From contig JBHGNT010000010.1 of the NCBI GenBank assembly GCA_043228905.1, positions 16,616,001-16,680,000 of the forward strand: a stretch of DNA of 64,000 bases, read 5' to 3'. A model generated the notes under the pieces. It saw nothing but the letters and a program-made list of their open reading frames with translations, made no database searches and had not been told where the DNA came from. Numbering within the stretch: the stretch's first letter is position 1; every line of letters starts with the position of its first letter. Made by a program: the position numbers and the translations under genes. This DNA is from Azolla caroliniana. Lineage: Eukaryota; Plantae; Polypodiophyta. This document shows, one piece after another, positions 1 through 12,952 of this stretch.

Positions 1-94
1 TACCATTTTTTTCAGCCCATGCACTTATCTTTGATTCCATTATACATCCAATTTATAGTTTTGCCATTAATAAGCCAACCGTGATGGTTCGATA

Positions 95-753
95 TGTTGG
101 TAGACAGGTCCCTCCGGATGGGAAGGTAGAAGAACAGTGCCGATGAACAAACTCGGCCGAGGCCGAACCGGTATGAACCGGATGGGGAGTACCCGACTAC
201 GGAGAGTCGGATGGTGTAGGCCCGGTATGAACCGGATGAGGAGTACCCGACTGCGGAGAGCCGGATGGGGAGTACCCGACTGCGGAGAGCCGGATGGAGC
301 CCATCGAGGCTACATTTGTAAATAGCCGAAAAGTCATATTAGTATAAATATGACTTAGGGCAAACTTTTAGTTGTGTAGTTGTTGTCGTTTTTTTTTGCT
401 ATTATTCTTCCTTGTTGGTGCAAGAAGAAATCAGAGCGCGTAACTGTACAGAGAGACAGAGAGAGAGAGAGAGAGACGAGGTCGTTGCCTCTGTTGTAAC
501 CGCCGCCTGTGGCGAAGATTTGAGAGCACGAGGTCGTTGCCTCAGTGATCTCACTGTTGTATATTTCTGCATAGTGACAGTTTGCAGCTTGTGGGCTGCC
601 GTGGTTTTTCCCCTATTTTGGGGTTTTCCACGTATACCTCTTGTGTACCATTTCTCCTCTTTTGTGTCGCGTTTCATTACCTGTTTTTCTGTGTATGAAA
701 AGAATCTCGGTTGTGGCCGAGCGTCGGACATAAGGAACGTCAAGTTCTCAACA
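95..753 (+). repeat. 5' LTR of copia (659 bp)
   Basis: TGTTGG...CTCAACA, near-identical to 4844-5527; internal ~54-bp tandem repeat and (GA)n tract. Confidence 0.95.
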
Positions 754-783
754 AGTGGTATCAGAGCGAAATCGACACAGAAA

Positions 784-3700
784 ATGGACGAATCGTTTGG
801 CGGCATGTTCAAGCTCACCGGCTCCAACTATTCAGTGTGGAAGTCGAAGATGAGGGACATGCTCGTGGTTAAAGACCTCTGGCTGCCGGTTCAGTTCGGG
901 GACAAGAGACCGGACAAAATCGACGCCGCGATATGGGAGGTGATGCACATGAAGACAACGGCGTACATACAGTGCTTCATCGACATGAGCCTGTACAACA
1001 ACTTCAATGAAGAGAGCAAGGCTCATGAGCTCTGGGAGAAGATCGGCATAATGTTCCAGAACAAAAATGTTGTCAATCAGGCGTCGGTATTCCAGAAGCT
1101 TGTAAGACTCCGGTACCAAGATGGCTCCAACATGGCGGAGCATATGAATGCCTTCCAGGGGCTGATTCACCAGGCAACGTCATTGGAAGTACCTCTTGCC
1201 GATGAGGTCCTAGCACTACTCCTGCTCGGTTCCCTCCCGGATAGCTGGGAGACGTTGGTTGTTACTTTGGGCAACGCCGGGCCGGAAGGAAAACGGTTAT
1301 CCCTAGCAAGAGTAAAGTCGAGCTTGCTAGATGAGGAGGCTCGTCGGAAAGACAAAGATACGAGCTCCGACTCCAAAGCGCTTCTTACCGAATCGGAACG
1401 CGGAAGACATAGAAACCGTAGTCCCCAGAACCGGGAGAAGTCGGGGACACGATCAAAGTCAAGGGGGAGGCCTACTTGCTTCTATTGCGGCAAGCCGGGA
1501 CACTTCCAAAAGAACTATCGGCATTTCCGTAAAGACAAGGAAACCGACGGTACCGATTCAAAGCAAACCCCGAACCGGAACGGTACAGACCGGAACGGTA
1601 AAGACCGGAGGGGGCCGGACCAGAAGGGAACGACGGCAATTGCGGCAAGTGAAGAGGAGTTGATGCTCATCACCGAGGAGAGTGAGATAAACCATGCCGG
1701 CGATGAGATGACCTGGGTGGTAGATTCCGGAGCGTCGTTCCACCTTACCCCGGACCGGAAATGCTTCTCATCCTACTCAGCCGGTGATCACGGCTGTGTC
1801 CGGATGGGGAATGAAGGAACATGCCGAATTGTCGGCATAGGAGACGTGTGGCTGACAACACCAACCGGATGCAAGTTGCTGTTGAAAGATGTCCGACACG
1901 TTCCGGAAGTTCGTCTGAACCTGATATCAGCCGATCGGCTGGATGATGAAGGCTACACGGGTAGCATCCGGAACGGTGTCATGAAGTTCAGCAAAGGGAG
2001 CCTGATTGTGGCTCGGGCCCGGAAGGTAAACACACTGTACCTGATGAATGCCCGGTTATGTCCGGAAGAAGTGAACGTGGCTTCCGACACTGCCGGTGAG
2101 CTGTGGCACAAGAGGCTATGTCACATGAGTGAGAAGGGGATGAAGAGGCTTGCAGACGACAACCTCATCCCAGTGAAGAACGTGCATTTAGAGAAGTGCA
2201 CTGATTGTCTGGCTGGTAAGCAGAACCGGACCTCCTTCCGACCAAGGCCACCGATGAGACGTAATGCACCACTGGAGTTGGTGCATACGGATGTTTGTCA
2301 AGTAGACACGAAGTCACATGCCGGAGCGCAGTACTTCGTGACGTTCATAGATGACCACAGCCGGAAGCTGTGGGCCACACCGCTGAAGACGAAGGATTAG
2401 GTGTTATCCGTCTTCAAAGAGCTCCACGCGAGAGTGGAAAGAGAAACCGGCCGGAAGCTGAGGGCGGTTCGAGCAGATAACGGAGGTGAGTACCGGGGGC
2501 AGTTCGAGGAGTACTACCGCTCGAAGGGAATCCGGCTCGAATTTACCGTGCCGAAGACGCCGGAACTAAACGGACTGGCCGAGAGGATGAACCGGACCAT
2601 AATGGAGAGGGTCCGGAGTATGCTAGCGCATGCAAAACTACCCAAGAAGTTTTGGGCTGAGGCACTGTCGACGGCGACATATGTGATAAACAGATCACCC
2701 TCAGTACCCTTGGACGGAGACACGCCACAGAGAGTGTGGACCGGTAAGGAAGTGTCCTACCGACATCTGAGGGTGTTCGGGTGTCTCGCGTACGTGCATG
2801 TAGCAAAGGACCGGAGAGGAAAGCTAGATCCAAAGACCCGGCCATGCATATTCCTCGGTTACGGTGACGATGAGTTCGGCTACCGAGTGTGGGACCCGGT
2901 CGACAAGAAGGTATTCCGGAGTCGAGATATTATCTTCATGGAGGACAAGACGCTCGCCGACTGGGAGTCGGAGAAGAAGATAGTGAACTCCGAGTTGACC
3001 GGTAAGGATAGACTCTACCATGAGCAGACCCAACCGGCAAGAGACCGGTTAGCACTCGAGGAACCAGCCGGTTACGGTGAGGATACCGAACCGGCAGAAG
3101 AAGAAGCTGAGACCGGAACCGGTCAAGATCCCGAATCGGATTCGGATGAAGAGCAAATGGAGGAACCGATTACCGAAGCCCGAAGACGTAGATATCCTCT
3201 CAGAGAGAGAAGGGCGCCCCGGAGATTTCCGGATGCAGAACATGTCCTGCTAACCGATGAGGGGGAGCCGGAAAGCTTCGAAGAAGCGAAGGAAGACACC
3301 CACAACCGAAAATGGTTAAGTGCCATGCAGGATGAGATGGATTCCCTGCATGAGAACCATACGTATGAATTGGTGGAGCTGCCGAAAGAAAAGCGGGCAC
3401 TCCGAAACAAGTGGGTGTTCAAGTTGAAACCGGGAGATGCCGGCAACCCCCCGAGATACAAAGCCAGGATCGTGGTGAAGGGGTTCCAGCAGAAGAAGGG
3501 CGTGGACTTCGACGAAATATTCGCCCCGGTAGTAAAGATGACCTCCATCCGGACGGTGCTGAGTATAGCAGCAAGCATGGATCTCGAGGTAGAGCAGCTG
3601 GACGTGAAGACGGCATTCCTCCACGGCGACCTCGAAGAGGAAATCTACATGCAGCAACCGGAAGGATTTGTGGAGAAAGGGAAGGAGCACCTGGTATGCC

Positions 3701-4833
3701 GGTTGAAGAAGAGCCTGTACGGACTGAAGCAGGCTCCCCGGCAATGGTATCGGAAGTTCGACTCCTTCATGACCGATCAAGGGTACCACAAGACGCAGGC
3801 CGATCACTGCGTGTTTTTAAAGAAGTTCGAAGGAGGGGACTTCCTGATACTCCTGTACGTGGATGACATGTTGATCGTCGGACGAGACCAAGGCAAAATA
3901 CGGATGCTGAAGAAGGCTCTCAACCGGACCTTCTCAATGAAAGACTTGGGTCCGGCAAGACAGATGTTGGGGATGCACATCATTCGGGACCGGTCAGTGA
4001 AGCAATTATGGCTATCACAGGAGAAGTATGTGACAAAGGTGCTTCACCGGTTCAACATGTCAGATGCAAAACCGGTCGGATCGACACTTCCGGGAAATTG
4101 CAAGTTGTCCGGCAAGCAAAGCCCGAAGACAAAAGGAGAGAAGGCAGATATGATGAAGATTCCATATGCCTCTGCCGTCGGGAGCTTGATGTACGCAATG
4201 GTTTGTACCCGACCGGACATTGGATATGCAGTCGGAGTGGTGAGCCGGTTTATGAGCAATCCCGGCAAGGAGCATTGGAACGCGGTCAAGTGGATACTCC
4301 GGTATTTGAAGGGCACTTCAAATATGTGTCTCCGATTCGGCTCCGGAAAACCTCAACTAGACGGTTTCACCGATTCGGACATGTCGGCTGATGTGGATAC
4401 CAGCCGGTTTACATCCGGGTATGTGATGACATATGCAGGGGGAGCTGTTTCGTGGCAGTCGAGGCTGCAGAAGACGGTTGCATTGTCAACCACAAAGGCG
4501 GAGTACATGGCGGCTGTAGAAGCCGGCAAGGAAATATTATGGATGAAGGACTTCATCGGAGAGCTCGGTATCCGGCAAGAGGAATACCGACTCTACTGCG
4601 ACAGTCAAAGTGCCATCCACCTTGCTAAGAATGCGGCCTACCATTCCCGGACGAAGCATATCCAGCGGAGGTATCACTGGATCCGGGAAAGGGTAGATGA
4701 CCAGGAGTTCGCATTGGCGAAGATCCACACGGCCGAGAACGGGTCAGATATGCTGACCAAAGTGCTGACACCCGACAAGCTGGACGCATGCCGGAAGAGG
4801 ATCGGGCTGGAAAGACACCCCATGCCGGAGTGA
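784..4833 (+). pseudogene. Copia gag-pol polyprotein with one in-frame nonsense codon (TAG 2398-2400)
   Basis: Zinc knuckle CFYCGKPGH (last Cys now Tyr), protease VDSGAS, integrase (LWHKRLCH, VHTDV, DNGGEY, ERMNRT), RT (QLDVKTAFLHG, YVDDML), RNase H (DSD, AEY, DSQSA, DMLTK). The two ORF-track pieces are in one frame; KTKD*VL is probably CAG>TAG. Confidence 0.93.
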
Positions 4834-4843
4834 AGGGGGAGTT

Positions 4844-5527
4844 TGTTGGTAGACAGGTCCCTCCGGATGGGAAGGTAGAAGAACAGTGCCGACGAACAAA
4901 CTCGGCCGAGGCCGAACCGGTATGAACCGGATGGGGAGTACCCGACTGCGGAGAGTCGGATGGTGTAGGCCCGGTATGAACCGGATGAGGAGTACCCAAC
5001 TGCGGAGAGTCGGATGGTGTAGGCCCGGTATGAACCGGATGAGGAGTACCCGACTGCGGAGAGCCGGATGGAGCCCATCGAGGCTACATTTGTAAATAGC
5101 CGAAAAGTCATATTAGTATAAATATGACTTAGGGCAAACTTTTAGTTGTGTAGTTGTTGTCGTTTTTTTTTGCTATTATTCTTCCTTGTTGGTGCAAGAA
5201 GAAATCAGAGCGCGTAACTGTACAGAGAGACAGAGAGAGAGAGAGAGAGACGAGGTCGTTGCCTCTGTTGTAACCGCCGCCTGTGGCGAAGATCTGAGAG
5301 CACGAGGTCGTTGCCTCAGTGATCTCACTGTTGTATATTTCTGCATAGTGACAGTTTGCAGCTTGTGGGCTGCCGTGGTTTTTCCCCTATTTTGGGGTTT
5401 TCCACGTATACCTCCTGTGTACCATTTCTCCTCTTTTGTGTCGCGTTTCATTACCTGTTTTTCTGTGTATGAAAAGAATCTCGGTTGTGGCCGAGCATCA
5501 GACATAAGGAACGTCAAGTTCTCAACA
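4844..5527 (+). repeat. 3' LTR of copia (684 bp)
   Basis: Direct repeat of 95-753 with 25 extra bp in the tandem-repeat array. Confidence 0.95.
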
Positions 5528-6404
5528 CGATAGTTGTTTACATTATTTACATCTCCACCTTTATGTAAAGGTTTGATCCAATTTGGAGTCCAATCATACG
5601 GCATACCATGTTGCAATGTATCATTAAAGATATCTCTTATCCGTAAATATGCTTCCTTTCCCGTCCATTTGAGCATTTCAGCCTTTATACATTAAAGATC
5701 GCTTGCCTTTCGAGAGGCCAATTTCTTAAGTCCTATGCATATCTTCAATTGTAAAGAAGGGAGACATATGTGAAAGAAAACCATAACACATCATCTTTCC
5801 GGAAAGAGATAACTCATATAAATTCTTACAATGCATAGACAAGTCTTGAAGAGTTAAGTCACCATAACTCTCAACACGTTTCCCCTTTAGATTTCCCCAA
5901 AATTTAACACATGCATGTGCTTTCTCTTGTGTTTGGATAAATTGTTGAGTAACTCCCATATTCTTCTCTTTCTTTGAATAAGCCTTTTATACTAATGCAA
6001 ATGCTTTTGGTAATTCTATTTATGCTTAACTACATCCAAAACCATAAGGCACTTTTGAGCCTCACGACATTCTTTATCAAACCATTTTTTCATAAGTTTC
6101 TTGGTGCATTTCCAAGATGTGCAGTTGGTCGAAAAACATTTGTTTGTACAGGAGAAAATGATTTTCTTGAAAGCTTCCCATTTGCATTCTAGTGTGGCAC
6201 CATGTTGTATCTTTGTCCTTTGTAACATATCCTCAACCATCTTGTAATACATAGGCGCTCGCTTAAGGTTCATGCTCAAGTGCGGTTGTTTATTATCTTC
6301 AATAGCCTTCTCACAATCAAACCTATGCATACATTTGAGATCAATACATAAAGGCCTATGATCGGATTCCGGTGTCCATTCACCAAGTGAGAATTTATGT
6401 ATAT

Positions 6405-6466
6405 TGTAAAGAATCAAGAGATGGATTCTTGTGAAGCGGAATAGGTGTGAACTGTGTGTGTGTGTG

Positions 6467-6501
<35 letters not shown>

Positions 6502-7511
6502 ACGCAAGGTTAAAAGTGTATTAACAAAGGAGAAAGACTCAACATGTTATAAGGTGGGAGGAGGGTGCTTTATGTAGTCACCCTCTCTCTTCATTAACTA
6601 CAAGCCTCATGGAGCATGAGGAATGTGAAAGCTCATAAGTTATGTGTCATAGAATATGATTCTATGACTCATACTAAATGCTAGAATACAAAGTGGTGAC
6701 ATAATGGTGACTCTTGACCGTTGGAGTGTCTCTTCACTCTCAAGGTGAGTTCACACACTAGACCTGTTGGGAGACAGGTCCCTCCGGATGGGAAGGGAGA
6801 AGAACCGTATGAGGAGTACCCGGCTACGGAGAGCCGGATGGTGCAGACCCGGTGAGAACCGGATGAAGAGTACCCGACTACAGAGAGCCAGATGGTGCAG
6901 ACCCGGTGAGGACCGGATGAGGAGTACCCGGCTACGGAGAGCCGGATGGTGCAGACCCGGTGAGGACCGGATGAGGAGTACCCGGCTACGGAGAGCTGGA
7001 TGGTGCAGACCCGGTGAGGAGTGCTCACCGGATGAAGAGATATATTAGTAAATATGTTTATGAGAGTCCATCATGGCTATATTTGTAAATAGCCGAAAAG
7101 TCATATTAGTATAAATATGACTTAGGGCAAACTTTTAGTTGTTGTTGTTATTCTTGTTGGTGCAAGGAGAGAGAGAGAGTGCGGAACTGTGTACAGAGAG
7201 AGAGAGAGAAAGAGGTCGTTGCCTCTGTTGTAACCGCCACCTGTGGCGAGGATCGTGAGCACGAGGTCGTTGCCTCCGTGAACTCACTGTTGTACATTCT
7301 AGCATAGTGATAGTTTGCAGCCTGTGGGCTGCCGTGGTTTTTTCCCTTAGTTTGGGTTTTCCACATAAACATCCTGCTTACTCGTCTCTTCTCTTGTGTC
7401 GTGCATTCATTCCCGTTTTCTGTGTATGATTTTAAGCTCAGTTGTGGCCGAGCATTGCGCATAAGGAGCGAGTAGTTCTTGTCAAGACCAAGTTGAGCTT
7501 GATTCTCAACA
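6405..7511 (-). mobile_element. Solo LTR (~380 bp net) inserted in the LINE, itself hosting a second solo LTR
   Basis: TGTAAAGAATCAAG...CTTGATTCTCAACA termini, TSD TATAT (6400-6404, 7512-7516); removing it restores the LINE reading frame GILDHIHKF. Strand inferred from a TATA-like/CT-rich layout. Confidence 0.8.
6765..7484 (+). mobile_element. Solo LTR related to the copia family at 95-5527
   Basis: TGTTGGGAGACAGGTCCCTCCGGATG...CTTGTCA; TSD AGACC (6760-6764, 7485-7489); shares the 54-bp repeat array and R/U5 sequence with the copia LTRs. Confidence 0.9.
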
Positions 7512-9380
7512 TATATGATCCAAAATACCTTCAGAAAGTAGTACATAGTCAATCACACTATTTCCTTGTGTTTTCTACATGTAAAACCATTAGTGTTGGA
7601 CCATTAGGAAATACCATTTGCAATAAGCAATCCGCTACTATTGCACATTTGTAGGAGCAACTTCCCAAATTGGTCTAGATCTTTTTCATCACTAGAAGAG
7701 CGGCTATACAGTTGCATATCCTATTGCATCCTTGAGATATGTGGCATGAAAGATTCTTGTGAATCAAGTTGGAAACTTCTTGTACGAGCATTCATGTCAC
7801 CAAGGACAATAACTTCCCCTTTGGATTTGAAATAAGCAACATCATCTTCTAGATTGACAAAAGGTTGATCTTTATCCAAACAAGCATAAAAGTTAGAATC
7901 TTGATGTGGATTGTAACATCCAACTACAAAAGTGGGCAAATCATTAGGTGTTTCTATTTTAAGCCATATGTAGCATTTATGTTCATCATTTTTTATGATT
8001 GGCACATATTTCTCTATTTCCTTCTTAATCAAACATGCCACTCCTCCTTGTCCTCTTCGATTTTTCTCCCATATCAAAGAGTGTACATTATAGTTTCCTA
8101 AACCTTGAATCCTTTGAGTATCGTGCTCCCATGTTTCAATAAGAACTGTGATATCCGAGTCATCGGTTAACTCCTCTATGCCAAATCATGCATTCCATGG
8201 CTATCCATTGCAATTCCAAAAGCATAACTAGTTGTAAAAGGCGTGGGTTAGTCTCATAGTTCATGTGTCCCTATTTGCCTGCATTTCCATCTTTAGGCAC
8301 ATCCTTAACCTTATTTTATAATCTTTCTTCATATGCTTTACGACAAACATTTTGTTGTGAGATAGTACGATCTTCACTCACAAAGAATTGCATACCTTTG
8401 AGGTATACCCAACTATTTTCGAGTATGATACGCCGCTTTGTATCATCTGTCATTGTGCATGCAATAGGCCTTTCTACGGAGCGAGTAACACCATGTTTCC
8501 CAACTTGTTGTGCCCCATATACATTCACATTCGACATCCCATAATGCATTCTAAAAAAATCACCAAGGACCTTTACGATGGATGCAGGTGTTTCCATACT
8601 CTCCTCTTTAATCCCACGGATGACAATGTTCTTTGATCATCATTCACGTTCTTTCAATTCTTGGACATCTATGCTTTCTATATTTTTCTCTTGATGCATA
8701 ACATGCATATTAGATGAGTTTGATACCACATCCCCACCACATACATCAACCCATGACTTCGTTGTACATACATTTTTCATCTCACTTACATCCCGCCTTA
8801 TCGTGTCCAAATTTTCTTCTTTTAATGTGTCCTTCAACTCAATCTTGTTAAGGCGCTCATTTGTTTCGAAAGAAGCTCTTTTACATTCTTGAATCTCTTC
8901 TTCAAGTTTTGCAACCACTAGCTTAAGACTTTCATTCTCAATGACAACAATTTGGTGCTTAGCATTCTCTTCCATTAATGTCGTAACGTCCCAATCTCTT
9001 CACCTTGCTTGTTTATAGTTTCTTGAAGAGAAATCAAGTGACTCATAAGCATTTTGTCCATTGCATTGGAATCAAGATTTGTTGGTGATCTCGGCTCATT
9101 ATCAATCATACCCCTGAACTTTGTGGCGGCTTTACGAGTGTTTGCCATTGTAGGGACAAACCCTACGGGAAGAGGGAGAGAGAATGTACCTACTACCTTT
9201 CACTCGATTTAGGGATTCAAAATCTACCTTGTGTTTGAGGAACCGTGGGGCAAAGATGACTATGGATGAAAATGCTCATAACTTCTCGCAACAGTAACGG
9301 AATTTAGTAAGTGAACATTCCTTAGAAAGCTCTCTGAAAGAGCTTTCCAATGAGCTATAAAATGTAGAAAACGATTGGGG

Positions 9381-9384
<4 letters not shown>

Positions 9385-9421
<37 letters not shown>
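9385..9421. repeat. (GA)n microsatellite
   Basis: Perfect GA run. Confidence 0.9.
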
Positions 9422-9425
<4 letters not shown>

Positions 9426-10289
9426 GTGGTTATGGTAAAGCACCCTTTTACACTATTCATGTGAAACAATAGAGAACCTTCTTCCTTAAGCATGACCATT
9501 CATGTGGACATTTACTTCTTAAGATGGACACACTAGTCTGTTAGGTTCCATTAATCAACTTTTAGTTCAAACCCCAATATTTCATAGTCAAGAACTAGGC
9601 TCATGATCAATGCATTAACTAATTAACTAATTAACTAATTATAGGTTAATAAGGCTAGAAAATGGCATGTTATGGTATTATATCACTAATTACTCACTTT
9701 GATTCATGGCCTTAGGTACCCTGAAACCCTTAAAAGTAAACTTTAGAATTGGTCCTTAGGTTTATGCACATGTTAGCCTCTATCTAAGTATTCCATCTAA
9801 GTTGATAATATTCCTTGAGTCCAAAAATCTATCCAAATCATAGGTGCATGCAAGAGTTTGAAGTATGAGAACTCTTGATGATGTTAATCATACACATTGA
9901 ATTACAATCCTTATAAGGTCCTAGTGTATCCACATGTTGCAAGTCACTTGACAACACCATACATTGCTACTTAAAATCAATCTTTGGATTTTGAGCATCT
10001 TATTAATCTAACATGAAGTCGGCCTAACACTAAGTAGGGTTGTGCATAGTCACTAATTGGGAAATCATGAGGCTTGATTATTGCACATAGGAAACAAAAA
10101 TATCTTGAGGTATCCTAATAGTTCTTCTATTTATGAGAACACGAATGTGAACTTGACAAGTGAGGGCCAATGGCCAAGGTTAAGATGATGATACTACTCT
10201 TTTGAAATGTGGTAATTTTTGTGAGTCATGGTGCCACCGCTACATGGGGAGTGGGATATGTTCTGATGCGTCGTCACGTTGTGAGGAGT

Positions 10290-10936
10290 GACGAGTCTGA
10301 GTCTCTGAGAGTCTGAGAGTCGAGAGCTCTGAGTGATTGTGAATCTGAACTGAGAATCAAGTGCATTGAGAATCGAGAGCTCTGAGTGTTCGTGAGTTGT
10401 AATTGAGAGTCGAGAGCTCTGAGTGAAAATCTGATTTCTGTGAGGAGAAAATCGTGAAAATTAGATTTTTGTGAAGGACGAAACGAACAGGGAGCTAATT
10501 TCTAATTCTTGAATCCCGATTTCTGCAAAGACAACATGCAACTATGGTTAATGAGGATTTTGAAGAAGAAGATGATAATGGGCAAGATGTTAACATTGAC
10601 AATGCACCTCAAGAGTAGAGAGATGAGATTAACTATTAGTACTATGAATTTAGAGCTACTTTCTAGGTTAATGTTCATGTTTGAAGTTTGAAGTTTGGAT
10701 AAATTTTGGTTCATGTTTAGAACTTTTGGATGCTATTTTGTTAGTTTTCAATGAATTTATGGTCTTGATTTTTGTCTATAAAAATCTTGATTATTTTTTA
10801 TTTCTCATATTTTGAAAAAACATTTAGAGTAATAAAAATAAAAATAAATAAAAATATAGATGAATGGATTCCAATCATACTTGGAGCCATTTCACGTATG
10901 AGTATGACACATTTGAGACATATGGCTAGAACTATG
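10290..10936. mobile_element. Non-autonomous hAT-derived element, inverted relative to the copy at 11026-11833; left end not resolved
   Basis: 10524-10936 is the reverse complement of ~11026-11473 and ends in the same terminus (GGCTAGAACTATG); GAGTCGAGAGCTCTGAGT repeats at 10290-10430. Confidence 0.6.
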
Positions 10937-12050
10937 CTCTCAATGTATAATGGCCGAAATGCCCAAATGGACAGTAAAGGAAGCACATGTATGGATAAGT
11001 GATATGTTTAATCATGCATTACAACCATAGTTCTAGCCATACTTCCCATTCGTGCCATACACATACGTGAATATGTGTATCATACTCATATGTGAAATGG
11101 CTCCAAGTATGATTGAAATCCATTTGTTTATATTTATATTTATATTTATTATTATTATTTTAAATATGAAAAATAAAAAATAAACAACATTTTTATAGAC
11201 AAAGGTCAATTAGACCATAAATTCATTGAAAATGAAGAAAGTAGCATCCAAAGTTCCAAACATGAACTAAAATTCATCCAAACATGAACATTAACCTAGA
11301 AAGTAGCTCTAAATTCATACTAATATGTCAATGTCAACATCTTGCCCATTGCCAACATGAAAGCTAATCTCATCTCCCAATTCTTGAGTTGCATTGTCAA
11401 TGTCAACATCTTGCCCATCATCATCATGATCTTCAAAATCCTCATTAACCATAGTTGCATGTTGCCTTTGCAATAGCAAAAGCATGTCATCTGAATCTTC
11501 TTCTTTATTAATCATATCCAAAGTCACTTCCGTACGACTTGAATCTCTTCCTAGGGATGACGATGAGTTCGTGTGCCCTAAGGATTAGGGCGTGAGGTTG
11601 AGGGTGAGTGCGAATGGGAGTGCGAGGATGGAGGGCCACCATGGAGGTTGTGCCCCTTGTTCATTTTTTCATTTGCGCGGTCTCCTTCTTAGTTTCTCAA
11701 TAGACTATTGTAAGTATGTAACTCATTCCTTTAAAAATAAAAGGAAAACGAATATCATGTATTATGCACGAACGTATACAAAAACATTCGTATACGTCCA
11801 TTAGATTAGACATATGTGAATATAGGAACTTTGATTACAACATGACATGTCATATGATTGTTCTACAAATTGGATCAAGCCTCTACATAAAGGTGGTGAT
11901 GTAAATGATCATCAAACCAACTAGTGACAAAACTATTTGGATAGATAATGGAATCAAAGGTAATTGCACTTGTTGGAAATTTTTTTGGTAAGAGAGCTTA
12001 TGGACAAACTAGCTTTTGAAAACACTATAGCACCATGAATCACTTTGACA
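10937..12050 (+). mobile_element. Short LINE ORF2 relic (10937-11025 and 11834-~12050), split by the hAT element
   Basis: Translates as CIMAEMPKWTVKEAHVWISDMFNHALQ | HDMSYDCSTNWIKPLHKGGDVND, homologous to the LINE at 5533-5700. Confidence 0.75.
11026..11833. mobile_element. Non-autonomous hAT element
   Basis: Termini CATAGTTC...GAACTTTG; 8-bp TSD ATTACAAC (11018-11025, 11834-11841); interrupts a LINE fragment. Confidence 0.8.
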
Positions 12051-12480
12051 TCACCTTTTGAGTATGTTGAGCGAACAAGCTCAACATGATCCGGATCGAC
12101 TGAATAAGCCAAGAGCCAGATCTAGGTGTTTGGATTGGAGAGCTAGACCCATGTGCGAACCGGTAGACCATTGGAGGCCTACACTCCTAGTCTACTAACT
12201 TACAAATAACCTAATTTGAATGCATAGTTGGATCTGACACATGCATCTAAGGTTTTCTATAGGTGCTTGTTAGAAACTCCTATGCTACATTCTAAGAAGA
12301 ATATAACTTACAAAACTACAATTGAAGTAGTTAATGTAGGTGTAGTTTTTCCAATTAGTACCTTCTACATAGGAAATTGAGACAAGTGAATTATAAACAT
12401 GCTCACTATCACCAAGAAATCAACAATGTTACTTATTACATTCACGAAGAACTCACATGTTCAATTTGACATGTTGCGAT

Positions 12481-12952
12481 TAGGAGCCAATGTTAAACCG
12501 TTTTAAAACTGTTTGGCGCTTCCATTCAGCTAGGTTCAGACTCGAGCTTCATTAATCAATTTGAGCTTGGTTTACCAAGGGTCAAGTCGAACTGAGTTGG
12601 TTTGGGCCAAATTGGTTTCCAAACTAGTTAAGGCTTAATTAGTTTGACCAAACTGGTTTAGGCTTTAACTAGTTTGGTCAAATTGGTTAAGCCTTAACTA
12701 GTTTAGGGATCGGTTTGGTTCAAGTTTGAAAATTGCCAAACTGATTTGGTTTGGATAATGCCAAATTGGTTTCCAAACTAGTTAAGGCTTAATCAGTTTG
12801 ACCAAACTGGTTTAGGCTTTAACCAATTTGGTCAAATTGGTTAAGGGATCGGTTTGGTTCAAGTTTGAAAAATCCCAAACTAGTATGGTTTGGATAATGC
12901 CAAATTGGTTAAGCTGAAACCAAACCGTTGCCGGTTAACAGTTGCAACTCCC
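12481..12952. mobile_element. Probable MITE with internal direct and inverted repeats
   Basis: A ~150-bp unit (CCAAATTGGTTTCCAAACTAGTTAAGGCTT...) is duplicated at ~12607 and ~12762 and is full of short palindromes; the termini are only weakly inverted. Confidence 0.45.

Larger units (their letters stand above)
95..5527 (+). mobile_element. Full-length Ty1/copia LTR retrotransposon
   Basis: LTRs 95-753 and 4844-5527 (TG...CA); 5-bp TSD CGATA (90-94, 5528-5532); PBS TGGTATCAGAGC 756-767 (tRNA-iMet); PPT GAAGGGGGAG 4832-4841; domain order gag-PR-IN-RT-RH. Confidence 0.97.
1..9260 (-). mobile_element. Degenerate LINE (non-LTR retrotransposon), interrupted by a copia element (95-5527) and nested solo LTRs (6405-7511); continues beyond the window start
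   Basis: Minus-strand fragments in order: ORF1-like (ATG ~9148, coiled-coil 8640-8975, 8316-8597), APE endonuclease (7721-8077, VIVLGDMNART; 6016-6507, SDHRPL) and RT N-terminus (WIKPLHKGGDVNNVNNYR), which resumes at 94-1 (TITVGLLMAKL...MESKISAWAEKNG) once the copia is removed. The 5' boundary is approximate. Confidence 0.85.

Noticed and set aside
137-325. Repetitive small ORFs (also 4886-5095, 6681-7048) or a CRISPR-like array
   Set aside because: They are translations of the 54-bp LTR tandem repeat; there are no unique spacers and no cas genes.
412-783. N-terminal hydrophobic extension of the 662-aa ORF as an env-like or membrane protein
   Set aside because: It is translation through the LTR and PBS; gag begins at ATG 784.
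2398-2403. Programmed stop-codon readthrough in the copia polyprotein
   Set aside because: The stop lies inside the integrase core at a normally Gln position and lacks a CARYYA readthrough context; other lesions (knuckle C>Y) indicate decay.
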